This document shows, piece after piece, positions 23,624-34,869 of a stretch of 40,838 nt of DNA. The position numbers were made by a program, and so were the translations under genes. The DNA is from Hyphochytrium catenoides (lineage: Eukaryota > Protista > Hyphochytriomycota). Location of the stretch: the NCBI GenBank assembly GCA_900088475.1, contig FLMG01001853.1, forward strand, positions 1 through 40,838, given 5' to 3'. The notes beneath the pieces were generated by a model, which was given only the letters and a program-made list of their open reading frames with translations, did no database searches and had not been told where the DNA came from. The number at the start of each line of letters is the position of its first letter. The first letter of the stretch is position 1.

Positions 23624-25506
23624 CTATCGCCTTTCAGTCTTGTTCCTGACAGTGATCAGCGGCGTGGCGAGTGTAGGTAGGACGTTGTCCTTAGAGATTC
23701 GGAACCTAGTTGGATCAATCTTACCCTGCAGCCATGATGAAGAGGGAAGACAGAGAGTCAATTGGTGCGCAGAAAGGGCAAAGGTATTAAAGAGAGAGAT
23801 GGCGACCTCTCCCGAGCAAGAGATAGGTAAACCATCATGCCAGTTAACCCCACAGCAGCTCTTCAGTATCTGTCTACTCACCAGTATTGGGCCGATAGCT
23901 GCTCGAGAGGTAGATGATGAAGAAGAAGAAGAAGAAGTAGAGAAGATGGATTGTGCCGCAATGCGCTGTCGACTGCTTGCCCTCCCTTGTCCTAGTGGCA
24001 TCGACTGCTTCGGGAATTTGACCCTCTTCGCTTGCAAGGTGTCCGCCTCTACGGGTTCCAGGAGAGGGACAGAGAGACCTAGACTCCTGGCTTCTTGGGC
24101 CCTGGCCTGCACAGCTTTCTTCTTGGACCTCATCGCTTGCCGCAGCTTTTGGTTAGCAGAGTAATCATCCTTCAGGACTTCCTGGACTTTCAAGAGCCCT
24201 AGCACCTCCTTCGATCGAGCACGGCTGACAGCCTTGTCTTGCTCTTCGTGCTAAAGAGAGGAGTTCCAAGGAAGTATGACGAGAAGCAATGAGAGGTATT
24301 AAGAGAAATGGCCAATGGTCAGCTTAGGGGAGAAACAAATAAAGACTTCAAAGCCCAAGCAGGAAGGAGCAGCAAACGGATCCAAAGGCACCAAAGGATC
24401 AAAGATTATCGTCATACGCAACTCTTTAGCCCCCACAAAGGAAGGACAGGGTCCTCACCTCCAGGCGATAGAACGGGTTCTCCGCAAGCTTCTTCTTTGT
24501 CTCTTCATCGCCAAGCTTCAGCGTCTCTGCTGCCTCAGGGTCAAAGTCCTCCTCTTTCTTCCTCACGCCACTGACCATCTTGTAGGTGCAGTTCTGTGGG
24601 TCTGTCTGGATCACCATCTCGCCCTTGCAGTCGGTGCATCGCATGGAGAACTCCCATATTGTCGTGCTGAAGTACTTTCCTGCCTTCTTCTTCTCCGCAT
24701 TGTAGCGCACGCCCTTGCCGATGTGAGTCTCGCATGCTAGGTAAAAGAGAATGATAGTTCTATGAGCACGTGGGGTAAATGACGAGGGACTGAAGAGAAA
24801 GATAAAATGGAAAGATGTAACAAGAGATCCGCATGCCACGTTGAAGTGATCTGCTGGGTCAAGATTGACAAGGATGAGATGTAATACTGCTCAAAGGGCC
24901 AGCCTCGAGCACTAAGGATTGCGGCTGAGAACGAGGATTTAACCAGGTCAAGACCGCCGAAGAGAAAGAAAGAGAAGGAGAAGCAGATATCTAGGTAGAT
25001 AACGAAAGAGAGAGAGGGATAGAGACATTTGTAGGTAGCGATGTCAAGGTAGAGCGCTACGAGCCGTCTGAGTCTTCTACTTACTCGTGCACCAGACATT
25101 GAAGGGCATCTCAAAGCGAACCACCAGAATGCCCTCATCTAGCTTACGTGCCCGCTTCCCCAGCGGATGTGACTGCAAGCGGGACGGAAGAGAGCAAGAG
25201 AGCGAGGAAGAGAGGGAGCGGTTAGCACCAATTCATAGGTCATGCGGAAGACCCAGGGCTTCAAGAGTCACGGCACGGTGCATAGGTGTCGAGACAAACT
25301 TCTTGACTTCATGGAACACGGTAAACGAGAAGTTGAACAAAGAAGAAGAAGAGAGAGAGAGAGAAGAGGAGAGAGAAGGAGGAAGAGAGGGAGAGAGAGG
25401 GAGAGAAAGAGAGCACCTTCTGGAACTTATTGATCCCGCCTTGGTCTGGAGTCCATTCCGGTGGATAGTAGTAGTTATCGGCCCGCGACGCCGCAAGGGA
25501 CGACAT
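23624..25506 (-). CDS. YJU2B: Splicing factor YJU2B/CCDC130 (CWC16 family), 5 exons
   Basis: Exons 25506-25417, 25172-25085, 24736-24459, 24250-23882, 23725-23624. Sequence: ADNYYYPPEW, HPLGKRARKLDEGILVVRFEMPFNVWCTTCETHIGKGVRYNAEKKKAGKYFSTTIWEFSMRCTDC..IQTDPQNCTY, NPFYRLEH, DDYSANQKLR. Two CxxC zinc pairs. Confidence 0.95.
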
Positions 25507-26342
25507 GGTTGCTAATGGCTTAGCAGAGACGGGATGCCGCTCACTCCGCAGTCACTGCAGCTCAAGACAAGAATCTGCCCTGACGCGTGGATCTACAAGT
25601 GGCTAAAAGCAGAGAAAGACCCGTCCCCAAGCTTAACCTCCAACTGCAGTTCCTGCTTCTGGTCTGGAGATAACGTGGCAAGTGCTGCCACATCGCGCTG
25701 CTGACAAGTTGGAACACTGTCCTTTGGCTGTCTCCTCTCTCTCTCTCTTGGTTTCCGTTCTCCTCTCTCTCTGTCCCTCCCTCTCTGTCTCTCCCTATTC
25801 TTCCTCTTCTCTCCTCGCCTGTCGTGCTTCTCTACTCTTTCTTCATGCTCCAATAAACCTACTTTATCAGGAATAAATACAACCCTTAATGTCATATCTA
25901 TGATAGCTAGATAGCCGTTAGCGGAGCTTCAATAAACCCACAATTCAGCCTCTAAGAGTTCCGTGATAATGGGATTATCTACCGGAGAAGCTGGGTACTC
26001 CGCCGCCTGAAGCTCAACGTTGTCTAATAAAGAAGGGCTGTACATGTCAACCATAAATAGCTTCTTAAGGTGACTGTACCCTGCAAGTGTCTCCGGGTTA
26101 TTGCAGTGGAAGAAGAATCCTAGGAAGAGAGCGCAACCCGACACCCGTCAACCTCTATTTACTGCCACCACCTCCAGCCTGCTGACATCCACGCTCTCTT
26201 ACAATGAATGGCCTGCAAGGGGTTCCGGGCACTGTAACCCATCTTGGCTGATGGGCGGCGTCTGTCCTCGCTCAGATAGCTTTCTGGAGGAGATACTCAG
26301 GAAATTTGGTACTTGCTGGAAGATGTTCAAGACTTCTGAACG

Positions 26343-29300
26343 TCAGGAGTCGCTACTTTCATCTCCCTCTGGGTAGCAGCAGAGCCAGTGATCGCTATCT
26401 AGGGCAGGGAAGTGCCATGAGCCTTGGGTTTTCAGGTGCTGGATCCTCCGCGAATAGACTGGCGGCTCAGTAACCTTCACTTTGTGGTTTTGGTACCTTG
26501 AGAAGGGCAGGGGCTTAGGAGAGGAGCCCAGCACCGAGAATATAGATGAAGAACCACTAAATAGACGAAACATGCGAGACGAAGAGGAAGATGACTGGGT
26601 CGACAAAGGACCGGGAGGAAATAGCCGTCGAACGGAATGGAAGACAGAGCGAAACGATGTAACAGGTTTCGAACAAAGAAGTGAAGCGAGAGATGCCGAG
26701 ATCAATGCGTGGAGGAAACTCGGCGGGCTGGGAAGATTGGGGTAACAAAAAAACAAGGGAGCCGGACGGGGTAAAGTTGAGATAGAGGGCAGTAGGAGAA
26801 AGCGGAAGAATGTGGGGAGGCAGGACAGAAGAGAGTCAAATCAAAGCAAGGAGAATCACTGTAGAGAGAAGAGGAGAGTGACAAAGTGCGGGATGCAATG
26901 GCGAGTTGGGAAGTGCTATCCACTTTGGCCCCTAGCGATGGTGAGAGCGGTAGAAGGAGACAAAATAACCCCAATGCCCATACGATGGGTAGACAGCTTG
27001 AATAGAAGGAGACAGAAGAAAAGATGAACAGAAGGACTCTCGTGTCTGTCCTTACCCTGTGAGATCGAACTTCACTTGGTGTCTCTCTTTCCACCTCTCA
27101 AAGGATCGCTGCTGCAGCATTTGAAAGTGATGGTCGCGCATCTCGTCGTTGCTGACCACCAATGTCCGCCCTCCTAGCCATACGGCAGCGTAGAGCCAGT
27201 ACCAATCGTCATTGTTCCCAGGAGCCACGGTAAAGAGGATCTAAGCGCCAGAGGCGGTTAAATCATCAGAGGAAGAGGGAGAGACAGAGTGAGGTATTGA
27301 AGCGAGATGCAAAGAATAAACGAAAGGCTACGCTACCTTCTTTTCTTTCCAGGAATTCACGATAGGCTGGGCTGCTGGTGGGAGTGTCAAAGGGTCGAAA
27401 TGTCGCCTGTGAAGAACTAGAAGGACCTTCTTCCCTAGGTCCTCGTAATGCTGGACCACACTATTTATCTGGGGGAAGCTGAAGGCTCCACTGTAGAGAG
27501 AGAAACGGAGCAGCGGCAAGTACACGCTAAGTGCTCAGAAGTTTCTGTTGCTCTCTCGTCTCTCACTCTCTTCTCTCCCCGTTTCCTCCCCTATATACGA
27601 TCCCTTCTTCTCATTGTCTGTGCATTGAGGTTTCAGCCCTGCATTTATGACTCCTAACTCGCTAGAGCAGCTACATTCATCCCATCATCAACACATATCG
27701 CTCTTCCACTGCTGCCTGCCCCCTGTCTAGCCTGTTCCGTGTCAGTATTACTCTTACCCTGCGAAATTTTGTTTATAATAACCGACGTTTGCGCCGTCAA
27801 TGATGACTTCATATGGTTGAGCTGTCTGCTCGACCTGCTTCGCCAGCCACTCCTTGTAGCTGGCCCATTGTTTGGCGCGTCGTTCGCTGGAGCGAACCAA
27901 GCCGTCAATCTAAGCAAAAAGGAAAGAAAAGGTGAGGGAAACCTCCTACGTTTAAGTTGGTGCTGCTCGTCTCTTTACCATTCCCTCCTTGAAGACTCTA
28001 GACCCATGCGCACTTGAGGCCAACCCTTAATAACTAGCCTCAGTCATTTAGCGTCTCGATGACTCGGCAGCCGTTCAGAAACAACTAGGAACGGGAGTAA
28101 TGGTCACACGATCTTCTATATCCTTCCCCGGATCCCCTGGTCTTTGCTTGGCCTCCCTTCAGTTTCCCCTGCTTTCCCCTAGCACTTTTTTCAACTCTTT
28201 CCATCTGGAGGTTCTCCAGAGTCTTCTCATATGTGCCCGGAAGATTTATTGTACCTGAGTCTTGAGACGCGTAGCGTCTTCCTCCGAGAGCTCTACCGAC
28301 TCCAGTGTGGAGCCACTCAGTGAGCAGATGCCCCTGTGATAAGCACAGCGGCAACTCAGCTCAGATGCCCAGGAACGTGGAATAACATGAAGATGTAGAC
28401 GGAGGGAGAGATAACAAAGAAGAGACCTAAGAAGGGGAAAAGGAAAGTACTCCATCGTCTGGCCTGCCGCACGTGCCAAGAAATTTTGTCAAACACTTAT
28501 AGAGAAGAACTATAGAGTCTACCTCTCGTTTACTGTCTCCTCTTGCACTTTCCACTTGCTAAGGCCCAGCTCTGGTTCCTTGCTGCAGAAGAAGACGGAG
28601 TTCAAAGGATTAGTCTCCTCTAGTTACTCCCGTGCTCTCTTTCTCTTGCCATCCTTACATTCCAAACCATCCGCGGACCACTTCCCAACTGGCCCTCGAC
28701 GGGACGAGAATGTCCTCTGCAAACTCTTTTAAGGTGGAGTAGAAAGCGTCCTGGCTAGAGTGTGAGAGAGACGGAACCTTGTTCGTCTGTTTCTTAGGCA
28801 TTGTTGGTACAACGTACCTTGTCTCCTAGCCTGCAACACATCTGAAGCAGCACCCGGTAGTCTGCCTCAGTGACAGCAATCTTCTTCTCTCGCATAATAG
28901 AGTATAGCTCAAAAGCCCTTGCTTTCTCCTGTTACACCAAATGAAGAAATCTGGATTAGCGCAGTCAGGGTAAGTTCCATCCTTTCTCTCTTACTCCTCT
29001 CTGTGCCCATGTCTTCCTTCTCATCTTATCCTCCTCTCGCTACTTGCATGCTGCGTCTAAACAACTTTGCCATCTTTCTCTGTCAGTAAGTTCATCACAT
29101 CATCCGCTCTAGGGATTACTCTCATCAGGCCTTACCCCTGCACGGCAAACTGCTTCCAGCAGGGGAGAAATGGTCCGCAGCTTTGGGAGAATGTCTGCCT
29201 GAAGCATCTCATGCACCAATTCCATCCCTTTCTCGGTATCGCTGGTGGCACTATCGGAGAAGTCTTTATGGTAAGAAACTGCAATCCTCGAGGTGTGCAG

Positions 29301-29979
29301 ATCGGAACCGAAAGGAGAGGAGGGTGAAGAAGGAAAGAGAGAGTAAATGGCTGAAGGTCATGGCATAGAGACACAGAGCAACCAAGAAGAAAGAAAAGGA
29401 AGGAGCAGAAACAAGAACAGAAGAGTGTGCATTGTCGACTCTCAAGATAGGAAGAGAACAGCAAGAACAGGAGAAGAGCCAGGACAGGGATTGGAGACCT
29501 GCAAAGTTTGATAGCAGAGGTGTAGCCAAGTTCTCCTATAGATTCCTTAGACGATCCATTCCCGTGAGCTCTCACATAGTCCATCAAGGCGAAAGCTTCC
29601 TCTTTGCACTCTGGCCCACCGACAGCGCAGAGGTTCATCAACATGCCAGCCATGTAGGAGTCTGGTATCAGCTTCTTGGCGCGCATCTCATGGAAGAGTG
29701 AAATTGCCCGCTGATGGTCTGCTCGACTACTGCAGTCCTCTAAGGTCTTTCGGAACTCGTACATCTCCTGTTTGGCTGGAGACTGGCCGAAGTAAATCAA
29801 GACGTAAGCCTCGTCCTCTCTGTGACTAACCTCTGTAGACAACCTACCAGAGTCTTCCTCTTCTTCGCTGCCCTACTCGGCTTTGGCTTTGAGCTCTTCT
29901 CCTCCCCACACCCGTCTGCTTGTGCCTCGCTAACTCCGTTGGCCTCCGCCATGTCTTCTGATGCAGGGCGCTTCGCCAT
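26343..29979 (-). CDS. PRORP: Protein-only RNase P (PPR + NYN metallonuclease), 11 exons
   Basis: Exons 29979-29848, 29782-29499, 29250-29136, 28928-28818, 28750-28659, 28582-28523, 28333-28255, 27909-27758, 27490-27337, 27240-27056, 26496-26343. PPR repeats (..EMLQADILPKLRTISPLL..) are followed by the NYN motifs YEVIIDGANVG, PGNNDDWYWLYAA, VVSNDEMRDHHFQML, FERWKERHQV, PPVYSRRIQ, SWHFP, WLCC. Confidence 0.93.
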
Positions 29980-30731
29980 ATCGCACAACAAACCCAAGAT
30001 AACCTTCCAGCAGAAGCTTATCAGCTCCCTTCGCCTCCTTCCCTTCACTCCTCGAGAGCCTCTGAGCCTATCAGCACGCAATGACCTCAAGGCAAAGCTC
30101 TAGCAGACGGAGAAAAGGCGATAAAAGCTCTGTCCACAGTCTCCATCATCAGCCAAGAGCCAAGCGTCATCAGAAGAAAGAGTGAATGGAGGAGACTCGC
30201 ATACAAAACTGATCCTCCACAGTAATCAAATAGCAGTCACTAACAACTATTCTATCATAGATTCAGACCTTTGATCTATCAGCTGAAGATCACCCAGCTC
30301 CAGGGGGTGCCCTGGAGGCAAAACTTGAAGATTTTTATTGCGTTTTGATCGATGATGTGAAGACCTTGTCATTATTTTCGGGTGAAGCGTTTGCCGATGG
30401 CGCGGTGGCGGCCTCATGTGTGGGCAATGTGTTTTGTCTGCCGGCGAAGCTATTGAGCGCCGCTAGTCTCCAACTCTCCTGGACTTCGGGTCGCGTCCGC
30501 GTCCTGTTTGCTTGAGTGCAGGAGAGCAGCCGACAACAAAATGGAACCCTGTCTGGCTTGCATGCCGGTTAAGTGCGAGTAAAGTAGCGGTAGACAATCG
30601 GGTCGAGAGACGGATCCTCTTCCGGAAGCTCTGCACTACAGCCGTTGGCAACTAGGCTGTGGCTGGAGGAGAGTATGGAATCCTAGGGCAGGGTTGTACC
30701 CGAATGATTGAGATATAGCTCGACATACTAC

Positions 30732-31877
30732 ATGGGCCAGACGGCAGACCAGTATGCGACAACTATTCAGGTGAGCGGACTGAGGAACCGTTAATTTGGG
30801 CCCTTCGCTTCCTTGGCTCTCACCATTGCTCCAGTCGACATTCAGGGGCTATCGTACCCGAAGGTTGGTTATCCACGGGATACGAAGAGAGTTTGAGAGG
30901 CTCTTTGCGAGCATTGAAGAGCTGGAAACACAGAGTGGCGAGGGCAGAAAGCTCCATGCCAAGGCCTTCCCAGAGAAGCCACAGCCAATCCCTCATGTTT
31001 ACGGTTATGGCTTTACGTCTTCTAGCCAACCACCGGTAGCGCCAGGTGATCGGCTTGAGAGAACTAGTCCGACGTTAGGCCCGGGGGAGCCTGGGAACGC
31101 AGGAGAGCGCTTCATTCAATGGCGAAGTACACGGACTTTGTGCCGTCCGACTTTCATCATGCGGGAAGACGAATCTTCATGGAAGAAGAGGCTTCCAGTG
31201 GGCTTCAAGTCACGCACGCGGCCTTCTCCGACACAAGACAATGGTAACGGGACGGACTCTTTGCCTGCTACAGTTAATACGGAACTCAAGGGTACCGAGC
31301 GCCCATTTGAAGAGGGTCATCTGGGAGGTCCACATGCAGACAATCCACAGATCGAATATACGACCGGCACACAGCCTCACAACGCAGAAGCTTCCGATGT
31401 GGCTCACCCGGAAGGAGAAGAGTCCGTCTACGTAGCTGAGTTAGGGACCGCCAGCTCCTCTACTAATAAAGAACCAACGACATCGATCTCCAATGCAGAA
31501 GTACCTGTCCTCGGCTCCACCAGTCCCACACAGCCAGAAGAAATACTCAGCAGTATAGTTGACGAAGGGAAAGAGGTCGACAAGGATCACACTGAAGTCT
31601 CAATGAGGTCAGGGCAGATTGACGGACCTCCAGTCCAGAAAGAAGAACGGGAACCGTCGACTGTCAATCCTATGAGCGTCGAGGCCGAGAGCCCTGAGGC
31701 ATTGGCCCAGCGTTATACAAAGGAGGAACTACTACAGCACATCCGCTGGGCTGAAGAAGCTCTTGCAGCGCGATTAGAGGTAAGATCCTCTTGGACTCGG
31801 ATTCTCATTCCTTCAAAAGTAACTTCGGTGATCGACAGTATCTGAAGGGGCTTGGAGAGACAAGAAGAGGAGAGTGA
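30732..31877 (+). CDS. IQCC: IQ-motif protein, IQCC-like, 3 exons
   Basis: Exons 30732-30770, 30835-31779, 31839-31877. The spliced IQ motif ATTIQ|STFRGYRTRR is followed by REFERLFASIE and W......RP.F, a disordered middle, and C-terminal ELLQHIRWAEEALAARLE|YLK. This layout resembles IQCC from memory. Confidence 0.7.
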
Positions 31878-32394
31878 CCCATTGCACCTGTAACGTTCTA
31901 CCCCTACATTTGCTCCACGAATACTAGGAGGTAAAGGGAACTACCGGTTCAGGGCATATAGTCTCGAAGTCGCTCATACTGCAGCCAGCATGTCTCCTGA
32001 GGGTCTCTACATAGATTGCATGTCGCTTCAACAAGTGTGAAGACGGCGAGGAACTACAAGGGGACAAGCCTTCGACATCCCCCGCTTTCTAGAGTTACGG
32101 GTCAATAACCTTACAATGAGTCTTTGGTTTGCTTGAAGAGGGCAGGCATAGAATGCCCTCTGAAGGAGGTGGACCTTCTTGAAGTTGCCGGTCCTAATCC
32201 ATATTCGTTATATTATCGTTGTGCGGCCAGGAGTACTTCCACTCACCAGGTCAACAGCTGGAGTTCATGAAGATAGGGCAGCCGAGCAGTCAACATGGCC
32301 ATGATCTAAGTAGGACTTTTGAGACTCTGGGCTTACAAGGAAAGGAGGGAAATAAATAGACAATTTTACTGGATTGTGAGCTCCCCTTCGTGGC

Positions 32395-33757
32395 TCAAAC
32401 GTTGACCATCTTCCAGATGTCATCGAATCTTCGCATATGGATCTGCTCCCACCTATTGACTATCTGCGACAGCTCCAGCTGTTTCCCTGTCCCTGCATCC
32501 ACCACAAGATGAGGGCAACTGGACAGGCAGGAGGAAGTGATGTCTTGAGATGTCCGCTGCAAGGCTTGAATAAGCCGCTGGAGGTAGGGCAAGTCCAGAG
32601 GAGGACAAACTGCATCCCCGTGCTCTGAGAGCTCGTTATTCAACCTATGATACGTGGTGCAGATGCTTTCAGCCCATGCTAGCTCCTCAGGGTTTGAGAT
32701 GCTAGCCTTAGATATGACTCGCACTCCCAGCTTGAGGGCTTCTTGAACAATCTAGCAAGCCATATATCGGAACAGCGAGGCACCTCTTAGTCACCAGAGT
32801 TCTCTCAGATTGTTGAAGACATGCAGCTACCTGGAGGTAGGCCAGACAGCTCCTCAAAATGATTACTTCATTGCCGCGCACATGTGACTCAAACTGCACA
32901 TCTCCGTAGGAATCTCTACCTAGGAAAGGATCTGGGTCATCCTCTTCCGCGCTGGGTCCGGCACCTGTCGCCGATTCTAGCACTTCTGCGGTCTCTTGTA
33001 AAATGTCTTTCATAAGGAGAACACACTGAGGTTACATCGCAAGCCCATTAGTCAAGAAGCTGTCCCTAGGCATTTGCAGGCGCTTGGTCCACGTTACCTG
33101 CAGCATCTCCTTCTTTGTTGCTTGAAGATTTGACTTCGCGGTAGATTTCATCGCCTCACATTGCTCCCACACGCGGCCTGTCAGCCCTGCCAACGCCTTC
33201 TTATCCCCTGTTTGGGCGGCCTTCACAAGATCAATCACGCAACAGAGGATTGCGCTGAGGAGGGCCTTAGCAAAAGTCTTTCATCTATTAAGTGGAAACG
33301 TGGAGCGTCGTTCTGCTTACCGAATGCCAAGCGTTATTGTGCCTGTCAATGCACCGCCGGTGCCAGTGTAGAGGCAAACGGTCATGGCGTCTCGAAGCTT
33401 CTGAGCTGGTTCCAGTATGGCCCGACACACGGAGCTGACCTCCTCAGCTTTGGCAGCCTCCGAGCAGACCAAAGAAAATTTCGTAGCCTGGTGTGCAATT
33501 GTGCCTGCAGCCTGTCACCAATGCACGGAAAATTGAACAGGTCAGCATTCAGCGCCAAGGAGTTGGTGCTGCGCGTTAGCCCTCACCGCTACAAGCACAT
33601 TCCACGCTACATTATAGTCCGTGTTGGATTCCCAGAATTTGGGCACTCGGAGAGCAGGAACGTCGGGGTCCCGCTCCTCGTGTTGCAAAGTGTTCATCTT
33701 TAACTCTTCAAGCTCCTTCAGGAGCTCCTCGAAGCTCTGCTGAATATCAGATGACAT
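32395..33757 (-). CDS. CCNDBP1: Cyclin-D1-binding protein 1 (GCIP) family, 5 exons
   Basis: Exons 33757-33587, 33511-33321, 33254-33098, 33025-32831, 32751-32395. Contains IAHQATKFSL, GTGGALT, LTGRVWEQCEAM....SN, LMKDILQE, an acidic linker and ELSEHGDAVCPPLD, corresponding to the GCIP blocks G.VW..C and D.L....YPP. Confidence 0.8.
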
Positions 33758-34381
33758 TGTGCAGGAAGTCCACTAGTGTGTGAGCTTGGCCACCGCTAAA
33801 CAACTACTCTCACGCGCCCTCGCTGGTTAGCCTCCAGCTTCTCAGGATTCTTAACACAGTTTGATCCCTGCGCTTTGAAGCTTCTTCCCTTCCAACTCCA
33901 GCAGCAGGCTGAGCTGCCCGATGAGCCAAACGGAGAGGGGAGGAGGTCTAGCGCCGCAGCTGATGCTTCATAGGCAGTGCGATGAAGACCACACACAAAG
34001 AAGTTTCGTCCATGGTTCTGAAGCCAGCACCGAGGTCCGCCTCCTTCTCCCTCCTCTTTCCTCTCTGTGCCTCCACTCACTCCCCATACTTCCCTCAATA
34101 CCATGACATGACGTTAGCGGCTAGCACACAAATATCAATAGTAGAATCAGAATCTCAAGTATTTGAGGATAATCAGTTATTGATTCTCGGGATGGATCGA
34201 TCCTGTCGTGATGGTTCTGACGGGACGGGTAGGTAATAGAGATAGATATGTTCTTTTTACCCTATGTAGACCTTGGCGGATGGGTGGGATGGTCAGAATG
34301 GGCTTTGGTCGGGCTTTTGTTTTCTGGTCGTCGATGATGGTCCCTTGATGATCTCATAGAGAGAGAAAGAGAGACAGCCAT

Positions 34382-34433
<52 letters not shown>

Positions 34434-34590
34434 CTCTGTCTCTCTTTTTCTTCCTCTCCCTGTCTCTCTCTCTCTCTGTCTCTCTCTCCCCCTCTCTCCC
34501 TCCCTCTTCTCTCACTCTCTCCGTCTCTCTCTCTCTTGCTCTCTCTCTCTTGCTCTCTCTCTCTCCCTCTCTCTGCCTCTATCTCTCCCT
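34382..34590. repeat. (CT)n tract upstream of KCR
   Basis: Visible CT dinucleotide repeat in the divergent CCNDBP1/KCR intergenic region. Confidence 0.9.
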
Positions 34591-34869
34591 CCGCTTATCC
34601 ATCTCCTGCATCCATCCTCAAAAGCTCTACTACTCGTACAGCTGTTCATTTTACCTACTAGGTATTGCAGAAAGATCTTGCAGACACATTCTGAAGCTCT
34701 CGGGGCTCTGCTTGGCGACTTTCTGACAATCTGGGAAGCGGCATTCTTGAAGCTCCAACCCTCGGAAGACGCCCGCAGACAAAGATGAAGGATCTTGCAA
34801 GCTTCCAGATGACCCTAAAGGGTAAGTATCCCTCTCCTCCACCAACCGTGCAACCTTTCTCTCACACTG

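Noticed and set aside
23640-24164. 174-aa plus-strand ORF antisense to YJU2B, considered as a possible overlapping last exon of the coiled-coil gene
   Set aside because: Explained as the antisense shadow of a coding region plus a stop-free intron; no independent support.
33254-33511. Apparent frameshift or stop near CCNDBP1 exons 2-3
   Set aside because: Resolved by canonical splicing, with the donor after 33321 and the CAG acceptor before 33254.
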